A stretch of DNA of 10,837 bases from Candidatus Iainarchaeum sp. (GTDB taxonomy: Archaea; Iainarchaeota; Iainarchaeia; Iainarchaeales; CSSED10-239): contig JAQUVR010000017.1 in NCBI GenBank assembly GCA_028693335.1, positions 1 to 10,837 on the forward strand, in the 5' to 3' direction. Positions 1 through 6,623 of the stretch are shown here, one piece after another. Under the pieces are notes generated by a model. The model saw only the letters and a list, made by a program, of their open reading frames with translations, searched no databases and was not told the origin of the DNA. Both the position numbers and the translations under genes were made by a program. Position 1 is the first letter of the stretch; each line of letters opens with the position of its first letter.

Positions 1-621
1 ATTTCTGGAAAAGAAGCATTTTTGTTATATCAAAGTTATGGTTTTCCAATAGAGATGATTCAAGAACTGGCAATAGAAAAAAATATTTTAATAGATTTAT
101 TAGAATTTCAAAAAGAAGAAGAAAAGCACAAAGAGCTATCAAGAATTGGTGCTGAACAAAAATTTAAGGGTGGTCTTGCTGAGCACACAGAAATTACTGA
201 AAAATATCACACAGTAACTCATATTCTAAATGAAGCACTTAGAAAAATAATTTCAAAAGATATTAAGCAAAAAGGTAGCAATATAACTACAGAAAGATTA
301 AGATTTGATTTTAATTTTGATAGAAAATTAACTGAAGAAGAAATTTTAGCTGTTGAAAAAGAAGTAAATGATGTTATTTCACAAAATTTATTAGTAACAA
401 AAGAATCAATGAAGTTAGAAGATGCAATTAACTCAGGAGCACAAGCAGAATTTGGAAATAGATACCCAGAAGTAGTTTTTGTTTATTCTGTTGGAAACTA
501 TTCTAAAGAAATCTGTATGGGTCCACATGTAGAAAATACCGGAAAAATCGGTAAATTTAAAATAGTAAAAGAGGAATCAATTGCTTTTGGGGTTAGAAGA
601 ATTAAAGCAATTTTAGAGTAA
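1..621 (+). CDS. alaS: Alanyl-tRNA synthetase, C-terminal part (5'-truncated by the window edge): end of the tRNA-recognition region plus the editing core
   Basis: The frame is open from nt 1 (ISGKEAFLLYQSYGFPIEMIQELA...), so the TTG at 22 in the ORF track is internal. The AF-LY-x-YGFP helix motif is typical of AlaRS. The zinc-binding editing motifs HTVTH (HxxxH) and CMGPH (CxxxH) lie about 100 aa apart, followed by GVRRIKA, as in the AlaRS/AlaX editing core. Stop is TAA at 619-621. Confidence 0.85.
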   Translation: MSGKEAFLLYQSYGFPIEMIQELAIEKNILIDLLEFQKEEEKHKELSRIGAEQKFKGGLAEHTEITEKYHTVTHILNEALRKIISKDIKQKGSNITTERLRFDFNFDRKLTEEEILAVEKEVNDVISQNLLVTKESMKLEDAINSGAQAEFGNRYPEVVFVYSVGNYSKEICMGPHVENTGKIGKFKIVKEESIAFGVRRIKAILE

Positions 622-625
622 TTTT

Positions 626-1690
626 ATGAAATCAAAAATTATTATTCTTTTATTTTTATTTTTATTATTTTTTATTTTTGGAACCTATTTTCTTGAACAA
701 GAAAAAGAATCTACTAATGTTTCTAGTTACTCTGATTTTAATTATTTTGAACAAAATGAAGTTGATGGAAATAATTTAGAAAAATTAGATCTGTCGGTGT
801 TTTTTTGTCCAGAAGATGATTGTAAGAATAAACTTTTAGATTTAATTTATGATTCTAATAAATCAATTTATTGTGCCCTTTATTCTCTTACTGATAATGA
901 TATCTATGATGCAATAAGAACAAAACAAAAAGAGAATTTAGATATAAAAATTGTTACAGATCTAATAAACACAAATAGATCAACATCAAAAATTGGTTTG
1001 TTAAAAGCAGATGGTGTTTCTATAATAACTAACCCAGAAGAAAATAAATACATGCATAATAAATATTGTGTTTTTGATGAAAATGTTCTTTTAGTGGGTT
1101 CTGCAAATTTTACTAATGATTCTTTTTTAAGTAATAATAATATTTTAATAATAAAAGATTCAGAGCTATCTAAAATATTTTATGATAAGATTAATTCTTA
1201 TTTTCAAAATAATTTTTCAAAAGATTATTTATTAATTCAAAACCAAATTAAAAATTCACAAATAAATTTTTGCCCAAATGACGATTGTTTTGATTCTGTT
1301 GTAAAGTATTTAAGAGAATCAAGAGAGTCTATTTATTGTATGTTTTACAGTTATACTTTAAATGATTTTTCTTATGAATTAAAAAGAATAAAATCAATAT
1401 ATCCAGATATTGATATTAAAATAATAATTGAGAAAGATCTTTGTAGTTATCCCTATTGTGAGTATAATTCTTTATTAAAAGACAATATTGAAATAATCTT
1501 TGATGAGAACAATAACACTATGCACAACAAATTTTGTGTTTTTGATAAAAAAGTAGTTATGACTGGTTCTATGAATATGTCTTTAAATGGAATTAAAAAT
1601 AATGAGGAGTCTTTAATTTTTATTGAAGATAATAATTTATCCCAAAAATATGAAAATTATTTTTTTAAGTATTGGTTTTTATGGAAATGA
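626..1690 (+). CDS. Membrane-anchored or secreted tandem HKD protein (phospholipase D superfamily, Nuc-endonuclease-like repeats)
   Basis: N-terminal hydrophobic anchor or signal (KIIILLFLFLLFFIFGTYFL). Two internally duplicated halves each carry an HKD motif: MHNKYCVFDENVLLVGSANFTN (His codon at 1055) and MHNKFCVFDKKVVMTGSMNMSLNGIKNNEES (His codon at 1523). Each half starts with F-C-P-x-D-D-C ... SIYC. The start is 4 nt after the alaS stop. Confidence 0.85.
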   Translation: MKSKIIILLFLFLLFFIFGTYFLEQEKESTNVSSYSDFNYFEQNEVDGNNLEKLDLSVFFCPEDDCKNKLLDLIYDSNKSIYCALYSLTDNDIYDAIRTKQKENLDIKIVTDLINTNRSTSKIGLLKADGVSIITNPEENKYMHNKYCVFDENVLLVGSANFTNDSFLSNNNILIIKDSELSKIFYDKINSYFQNNFSKDYLLIQNQIKNSQINFCPNDDCFDSVVKYLRESRESIYCMFYSYTLNDFSYELKRIKSIYPDIDIKIIIEKDLCSYPYCEYNSLLKDNIEIIFDENNNTMHNKFCVFDKKVVMTGSMNMSLNGIKNNEESLIFIEDNNLSQKYENYFFKYWFLWK

Positions 1691-1712
1691 TATTAATAAT
1701 TAAAAAATATCA

Positions 1713-1745
1713 TTTATAAATATTATGTATGTTATATATTATATA
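1713..1745 (+). promoter_or_regulatory. Candidate archaeal TATA-box region for tRNA-Pro
   Basis: TTTATAAA at 1713-1720 and TTATATAT at 1732-1739 lie 46 and 27 nt (element centre to tRNA 5' end) upstream of the mature tRNA. Both resemble the archaeal TTTAWATA consensus. The background is so AT-rich that the specificity is low. Confidence 0.3.
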
Positions 1746-1762
1746 CAACTGATTATTTTGAA

Positions 1763-1836
1763 GGGGCTGTAGTGTAGTCTGGTTATCACGAGAGCTTTGG
1801 GAGCTTTTAACCCCAGTTCAAATCTGGGCAGCCTCA
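1763..1836 (+). tRNA. tRNA-Pro (anticodon UGG), 74 nt, no intron, CCA not encoded
   Basis: Hand-folded cloverleaf. Acceptor GGGGCTG/CAGCCTC (7 bp, one G-U). D arm GTGT..TCAC with loop AGTCTGGTTA. Anticodon stem AGAGC/GCTTT, loop TT-TGG-GA (U33, anticodon UGG, G37). 4-nt variable loop. T stem CCCAG/CTGGG with loop TTCAAAT. Discriminator A. G1:C72 with A73 is the archaeal tRNA-Pro pattern. Confidence 0.93.
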
Positions 1837-1841
1837 CTTAA

Positions 1842-1847
1842 TTTTTT
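1842..1847 (+). terminator. Oligo-T tract (T6) 5 nt after the tRNA 3' end; possible weak or leaky archaeal terminator
   Basis: TTTTTT lies at 1842-1847, directly downstream of the discriminator base. Archaeal RNAP terminates at oligo-T runs. An ORF with a good SD follows immediately, so termination may be partial. Confidence 0.3.
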
Positions 1848-1865
1848 AATGGGTGATTTTTGGGA

Positions 1866-2471
1866 ATGTTTAGAAAAGTGACAAGAAAAACAGGTATAAA
1901 GCCACGACAAACAATACCAAAAGATAAAATACGTTCATTAACTGAAAAAAAAAATGAACAATTAGAAATAGATTTTGGCGATTTTTTTAAAAAAAAAGAA
2001 AAACCTGTTAAAATAATAAAATCTAAACAAAAACCAGAAGAACATTTTTCACAAACAATTACTGATTTTTTAAGACCTGATAAAATAAATGTTTTAGTTG
2101 AGTTTCTGTCTTTAGAAGCAGTATCTGCACAAAGATCCAGAAAGTTTGCAAAAAGAGATAATTTAGAAAAGGTTATTGCACATATTGAAGCAATTAAGAA
2201 AAAAAGAGAAGAAATCGATTGGGCACAACAACAACAAAAAAGGCATTATCAGGATCGCGAATTAACTAGAGAATTAAATGACGATATTTCAAGATATCAG
2301 TCTGATATTAATGTTTTAAAAAAGCAAGTATCAACAGCTATTTCTGTTTTATTCAGATCAAGTTATCCTAAGAACTATGCAGCAAATAATGTTGAATCTG
2401 TAATTTTAAAGAAATATTATATCAGTAAAAGCGATGTTTCTTTTAGAAAATATGATGTTCTTCAAGAATAA
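1866..2471 (+). CDS. Hypothetical protein, 201 aa, lysine/arginine-rich N-terminus and predicted coiled-coil centre; no family recognised
   Basis: Long ORF in an otherwise stop-rich AT background. GGGTGAT (1851-1857) matches the anti-SD and sits 8 nt before the ATG at 1866, so I prefer this ATG to the TTG at 1860 used by the ORF track. I could not recognise any catalytic or family motif. Confidence 0.6.
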   Translation: MFRKVTRKTGIKPRQTIPKDKIRSLTEKKNEQLEIDFGDFFKKKEKPVKIIKSKQKPEEHFSQTITDFLRPDKINVLVEFLSLEAVSAQRSRKFAKRDNLEKVIAHIEAIKKKREEIDWAQQQQKRHYQDRELTRELNDDISRYQSDINVLKKQVSTAISVLFRSSYPKNYAANNVESVILKKYYISKSDVSFRKYDVLQE

Positions 2472-2514
2472 TTGTCTTAATTAATACATTTATAAATTAT
2501 TTCTCTAATATATA

Positions 2515-2522
2515 TTTATATA
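2515..2522 (+). promoter_or_regulatory. Candidate TATA box for proS (transcript leaderless or with a very short leader)
   Basis: A perfect TTTATATA ends 19 nt before the proS ATG at 2542. With the usual spacing of about 26 nt from TATA centre to TSS, transcription would start at or next to the start codon. Confidence 0.4.
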
Positions 2523-2541
2523 ATTTAAAGGAAAATATACT

Positions 2542-4005
2542 ATGGTATCTAATCAAGAACTAAAAATACAAGAATTTAATGACTGGTTTAATGATATTAT
2601 CTCAAAAGCAGAACTTGCAGATTTAAGATATAATATCAAAGGCATGGTGGTTTATAGACCATGGTCTACATATTCCATAAATAAGATATTTAGAATGTAT
2701 GAGGATGTTTTTGATAAAACAGGTCATCAACAAATGATAATGCCATTGTTGATACCAGAAGAAAATTTTTTTAAAGAAAAAGAACATGTACAAGGATTTA
2801 CTCCAGAAGTTTTTTGGGTAACTGAACATGGAGACGAAAAATTTGAAACTAAGTATGCTCTAAGACCAACAAGTGAAACAGCCTTTTATTTTATGTTTAG
2901 TTTATGGGTTGATAGTCACAGAGATTTGCCATTTAAAACATATCAAAGAGCAAATATATTTAGATATGATACAAAAGCAACAAAACCTTTTTTTAGAGGA
3001 AGAGAATTTTATTTTTTTGAAACACATAATATATTTGAAACATATGAAGAATCTTATGATCAAGTATTAGAAGATATGCAAATTTCTGAAGATATTTTAC
3101 ATGTTAGCCTTGCAATACCATTTATTTTTTTTAATAGACCACAATGGGATAAATTCCCTGGAGCACTTAATACTTATGGTGCAGATGCTTTAATGCCAAA
3201 TGGTAAGACCATACAAATAGTAACAACACACACACTAGGTCAAAATTTCACAAAACCTTTTGATGTTAAGATAAAAGATATTAATGAAGAGATAGTTTAC
3301 CCATATGGAACCTGTTATGGACCAGGAATAACAAGAATCTATGGTGCATTAATAGGTGTTCATGGTGACAAAATTGGATTAAGATTGCCTTTTGAACTTG
3401 CACCAACACAAATAATAATTACTCCATTATATTTTAGTGGTGTTGATTCTAACAAAATAGAAGAAGTTTGTCTAGATTTTGCAACAGATCTTGATAAATT
3501 AGGGTATAGAGTAAAAATTGATGATCAAAAAGAAAAAAGACCTAAAGAAAGATTTGAATATTATGAAATGAAAGGCGTTCCAGTCAGAATAGAAGTTGGC
3601 CCAAAAGATATTGATGATGGCTCAGTTATGATCTTTAGAAGAGACACTAATGAAAAAACAAGAGTTTGTTTTGCTGATGTGTTTGATGAAATAAAAAAAA
3701 TTTCAGAAAGATTTACTGATAATCTAAGAGAACAAGCTGATGAAGAATTTGATGATAAATTGATAAGTCTAGATAACTATGATGAATTAAAAGAAGAACT
3801 AGAAAAAGGAAAACTAGTAAGAGTTCCATTTTGTTCAATAGATATGGATGGCAAAGCTTGTGCAGATCAATTAAAATCAGAAACCAATGGTGGTGAAGTA
3901 AGAGGAGTAAGAATGGATATCTCTGAAATACCAGAAGATGAGGAAAAATGTATTGTTTGTAACAAAAAAGCTAATGTCTTTGTTTATGTTGCAAAAAGTT
4001 ATTAA
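2542..4005 (+). CDS. proS: Prolyl-tRNA synthetase, archaeal/eukaryal type (class IIa, no INS editing domain, C-terminal Zn-binding domain)
   Basis: N-terminal FNDWFNDIISKAEL..IKG..VYRPWS. LRPTSET. Motif 2 region FRYDTKATKPFFRGREFYFFETH. Motif 3 / anticodon-domain junction GITRIYGALIGVHGDKIGLRLPFELAPTQIIITP. C-terminal cysteines (CSID..C..., CIVCNKKA). The terminal ...VAKSY ends in the conserved Tyr of archaeal-type ProRS. Confidence 0.95.
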   Translation: MVSNQELKIQEFNDWFNDIISKAELADLRYNIKGMVVYRPWSTYSINKIFRMYEDVFDKTGHQQMIMPLLIPEENFFKEKEHVQGFTPEVFWVTEHGDEKFETKYALRPTSETAFYFMFSLWVDSHRDLPFKTYQRANIFRYDTKATKPFFRGREFYFFETHNIFETYEESYDQVLEDMQISEDILHVSLAIPFIFFNRPQWDKFPGALNTYGADALMPNGKTIQIVTTHTLGQNFTKPFDVKIKDINEEIVYPYGTCYGPGITRIYGALIGVHGDKIGLRLPFELAPTQIIITPLYFSGVDSNKIEEVCLDFATDLDKLGYRVKIDDQKEKRPKERFEYYEMKGVPVRIEVGPKDIDDGSVMIFRRDTNEKTRVCFADVFDEIKKISERFTDNLREQADEEFDDKLISLDNYDELKEELEKGKLVRVPFCSIDMDGKACADQLKSETNGGEVRGVRMDISEIPEDEEKCIVCNKKANVFVYVAKSY

Positions 4006-4017
4006 TGTGAAATAAAT

Positions 4018-5739
4018 TTGTTAAAGTTTAGCACAGTTTCAGAATATTTTGAAAAAATAGATAAAACTTCTAGTCGTTTAGAGATAACTGATATTTTATA
4101 TGAACTTTTTTCTTTAGCAGAAAAATCAGAAATAGATTCTTTAATTTATTTTTGTCAAGGTAAACTTGGCCCAAACTATATTTCTAATGATATTAATATT
4201 GGTCAGTCAATTTTAATCTCTTTAATTTCACAATACACAGCAATTTCAGAAACAAAAATAAAAGACGATTTTTTGAAAAAAGGAGATTTGGGGTTAGTTA
4301 TTGAAAACAACAAATCTTCAAACAAACAAATCACTTTATTTAGTAAAGATCTTGATTTTTTAGAAATTTTTAATACCTTTAAAAAAATTGCTTTAATTGA
4401 AGGAAAGGGATCAACTGAAGAAAAACAAAAACTTTTCAAATATATTTTGTTTAATTCAAATTTAGTTTCTTCAAAATATTTAGTAAGATTTCCAATAGGA
4501 TTTAGATTAGGTTTTTCTGATTCAACAATTGTTGATGCTTTATCTTTGTTTGGAGGCGATGATCCAAAGACAAATAAAGAAATTATTACTGGAAAATATC
4601 AATTGGTGTCAGATTTAGGACTAATCTCTAAGATAATATTTATAGATGGTTTTGATAAATTAAAAGATTTAAAAATCACTCCATTTATTCCAATAAAATC
4701 ACAACTTTGTGAGAGATCAAAAGATCTTAATGAAATTAAAGAAAGACTTGGAACTTTTGCGGTTGATACAAAAGTTGATGGTTTTAGACAACAGATCCAT
4801 AAGGTTGGAAATGAAGTTAAAATATTTTCTAGACAAGAGGAAGATATTACTAACATGTTTCCAGATGTTGTAGAAAATATAAAAAAAATAAATCACGATT
4901 TTATTATAGATTCTGAGGCTATTGCTTATGATTCTGAAAATAAAAAATATCATTCTTTTCAAATAACAATAAAAAGAAAAAGAAAATATGATATTTTAGA
5001 AAAATCAAAAGAATTACCACTTCACCTAAAAGTTTTTGATTGTCTTTATCTTGATGGTGAAGAGATTTATGATCTGCCATTTCTAAAAAGAAGAGAAATT
5101 GTTGAAAGTGTTTTTAATATAAATGATTTAATCAAGGCAACTGATTTAACAATTACAGAAGATATTTTAGTTTTAGAAAAAATATTTTTAGACAGATTAA
5201 AACAAGGTTTTGAAGGAGTTATCTGTAAAGATCTTAATCAGCCATATAAAGCAGGATCTAGAGGATATTCTTGGATTAAATTTAAGAAATCATATAGTGG
5301 CAATCTAGACACCATAGATGCTGTTATTTTAGGATATGATCTTGGACAAGGTAAAAGAACAGAACTTGGTATTGGTGCTTTACTTGTTGGAATATATGAT
5401 GATGTTACTGATAAATATTATACACTTGCAAAAGTAGGAACTGGTTTATCAGATGATTTAATTAAAGAGCTTTTTGAGAAGCTTGATACTGAAAAATTAT
5501 CTAAAAAACCAGATTATATTGTTTCAAATATTACTGTAGACTGTTTTGTTGTTCCAAAAATAGTAGTTGAAATAAATTTTGATGAAATTACAAAAAGTCC
5601 AATACATACAGCTGGAACAGATCAAGAATCTCAACAAGGAATTGCATTGAGATTTCCAAGATTAGTAAAAATTAGAATGGATCGATCAAATAAAGAAACA
5701 ACAACAATAAAAGAAATAGAAAAAATTAGTACTGTTTAA
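4018..5739 (+). CDS. lig: ATP-dependent DNA ligase (archaeal Lig1-like: DNA-binding, adenylation and OB domains)
   Basis: Motif I TKVDGFR (adenylated Lys). Motif III IIDSEAIAYD. Motif IIIa KVFDCLYLDGE. Motif IV EGVICKD. Motif V WIKFKK. DAVILGYDLGQGKR. Motif VI LRFPRLVKIRMDR. The N-terminus FSTVSEYFEKIDKTSSRLEITDILYELF is typical. The only possible canonical start is TTG at 4018, because the frame opens right after the proS stop and has no in-frame ATG for hundreds of codons. GTGA lies 7 nt upstream. Confidence 0.93.
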   Translation: MLKFSTVSEYFEKIDKTSSRLEITDILYELFSLAEKSEIDSLIYFCQGKLGPNYISNDINIGQSILISLISQYTAISETKIKDDFLKKGDLGLVIENNKSSNKQITLFSKDLDFLEIFNTFKKIALIEGKGSTEEKQKLFKYILFNSNLVSSKYLVRFPIGFRLGFSDSTIVDALSLFGGDDPKTNKEIITGKYQLVSDLGLISKIIFIDGFDKLKDLKITPFIPIKSQLCERSKDLNEIKERLGTFAVDTKVDGFRQQIHKVGNEVKIFSRQEEDITNMFPDVVENIKKINHDFIIDSEAIAYDSENKKYHSFQITIKRKRKYDILEKSKELPLHLKVFDCLYLDGEEIYDLPFLKRREIVESVFNINDLIKATDLTITEDILVLEKIFLDRLKQGFEGVICKDLNQPYKAGSRGYSWIKFKKSYSGNLDTIDAVILGYDLGQGKRTELGIGALLVGIYDDVTDKYYTLAKVGTGLSDDLIKELFEKLDTEKLSKKPDYIVSNITVDCFVVPKIVVEINFDEITKSPIHTAGTDQESQQGIALRFPRLVKIRMDRSNKETTTIKEIEKISTV

Positions 5740-6436
5740 TAGCACTCCACATAACTTCATCCTTTGAATTAACAACTAATCCATTTTCTGTAATTTGACA
5801 AGGATGTGCTGCTTGAGAATGTTTAGTACCTCTTAATTTTCTAATAAATATTGATCTGTGTGGTGGAATAAAGTACATTGCAAAAATACCATCAACAACA
5901 AATTCTTCAACACCATAAGCAGAGAAGTCTCTTGGACCTCCATTGGTTTCAGATGTCATCATTGTTGTACAGTTTAGATCTTTTAAATAATCTCCAAACC
6001 TAAATAATAAGTTTCTTAATTTACCTGGATCTGTAATCCATCCGCCAAATGCAGTAGTAGAATCTATTGTTAGTCTTGTTGCACCTATGTCTTTTACCAT
6101 TGAGGACACAATATCTAATTCTTTGTCTATTTGTGCTTCAACATCTTTACGAGGGTCTATATGCATTCTGTAGATCTTCATTAAGTTTTTTTGTTCTAAT
6201 GATCTAATATCCCAATTGAAACTTTCCATGTTCCAAACAATGTTTTTTAGATTATCTTCTACTGTTACAAATAATCCAGGATCTCCAAATCTTCTTGCTC
6301 CTTCATAAATAAAAGTTGTTGCAAAGATTGTTTTACCAGATCCTGCACCACCAGAAACCATGGTTGTTGCGCCTTCTGGTATTCCTCCTTGAATTAGTTC
6401 ATCAAATCCTATTACGCCTGTTGGCACTCTCTTCAT
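5726..6436 (-). CDS. Single-domain KaiC/RadA-like RecA-superfamily ATPase (COG0467-like)
   Basis: MKRVPTGVIGFDELIQGGIPEGATTMVSGGAGSGKT (Walker A), FVTVEDN, and a hydrophobic strand ending LTIDS (Walker B-like). I prefer the ATG at 6436, which has GTTGAT 7 nt upstream. The ORF track's TTG at 6448 would add 4 aa. The 3' end overlaps the ligase 3' end by 14 nt. Confidence 0.85.
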   Translation of the reverse strand: MKRVPTGVIGFDELIQGGIPEGATTMVSGGAGSGKTIFATTFIYEGARRFGDPGLFVTVEDNLKNIVWNMESFNWDIRSLEQKNLMKIYRMHIDPRKDVEAQIDKELDIVSSMVKDIGATRLTIDSTTAFGGWITDPGKLRNLLFRFGDYLKDLNCTTMMTSETNGGPRDFSAYGVEEFVVDGIFAMYFIPPHRSIFIRKLRGTKHSQAAHPCQITENGLVVNSKDEVMWSAIKQY

Positions 6437-6483
6437 TTTAATAATCAACTCTTTTTAATATTATATTATATATTAAGGTAATT

Positions 6484-6498
6484 ATATTTATATATATT
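6484..6498 (-). promoter_or_regulatory. Candidate TATA box / promoter for the KaiC-like gene
   Basis: The 15-mer ATATTTATATATATT contains TTTATATA and reads as TATATAAA on the minus strand. It lies about 50-60 nt upstream of the ATG at 6436. An identical 15-mer recurs at 6549-6563. Confidence 0.35.
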
Positions 6499-6548
6499 GT
6501 GGTATTTGAAATTATGACTTTTATTTGATATTAGTATTAAACTTAAAT

Positions 6549-6563
6549 ATATTTATATATATT
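6549..6563 (+). promoter_or_regulatory. Candidate TATA box / promoter for the scpA-scpB-lon-like gene string
   Basis: The identical 15-mer ATATTTATATATATT (TTTATATA at 6552-6559) lies about 65-70 nt upstream of the scpA ATG. A GGTGA SD sits at 6612-6616, 7 nt before the ATG at 6624. Confidence 0.35.
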
Positions 6564-6623
6564 TTTACTTATTAATAATATAGAAATAATTATTAATTTC
6601 TAAAGATTAGTGGTGAAAAACAC

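Noticed and set aside
1688-1711. Inverted repeat TGATATT-N11-AATATCA right after the PLD-like stop, followed by a T-rich stretch, as a possible hairpin terminator
   Set aside because: The 7-bp stem is almost purely A-T with an 11-nt loop, so it is thermodynamically marginal. Such palindromes are expected by chance in DNA this AT-rich, and archaeal termination does not need hairpins.
1763-1836. tRNA-Pro as an integration site of a mobile element or genomic island
   Set aside because: No integrase or recombinase gene is present. I could find no second copy of the tRNA 3' half elsewhere in the window. The flanking genes are core housekeeping genes with the same composition.
1860-1865. TTG at 1860 as the start of the orphan ORF, and similarly TTG at 6448 for the KaiC-like gene
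   Set aside because: In each case an ATG 2-4 codons downstream has better spacing to a GGTGAT-like SD (1851-1857; GTTGAT complement at 6444-6449). The difference is only 2-4 residues, and the TTG starts remain possible.
2623-2829. 68-aa minus-strand ORF nested antisense in proS, together with the 65-aa plus-strand out-of-frame ORF at 2873-3070
   Set aside because: Both lie entirely within the strongly supported proS CDS. Their translations are low-complexity and F/K/I/Y-rich, as expected from AT-rich antisense or off-frame sequence. Neither has an SD or promoter.
4003-4020. Stop-codon read-through producing a ProRS-ligase fusion, since both are in the same frame 12 nt apart
   Set aside because: ProRS ends with its conserved C-terminal Tyr immediately before the TAA, and the ligase N-terminus begins at its normal conserved position. 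A shared frame has a one-in-three chance of arising by coincidence.
4203-4962. Three minus-strand ORFs (4203-4439, 4599-4856, 4717-4962) antisense to the DNA ligase gene
   Set aside because: All are embedded in a CDS with every ligase motif present, and they overlap each other. They carry no recognisable motifs or translation signals, so they look like typical shadow ORFs.
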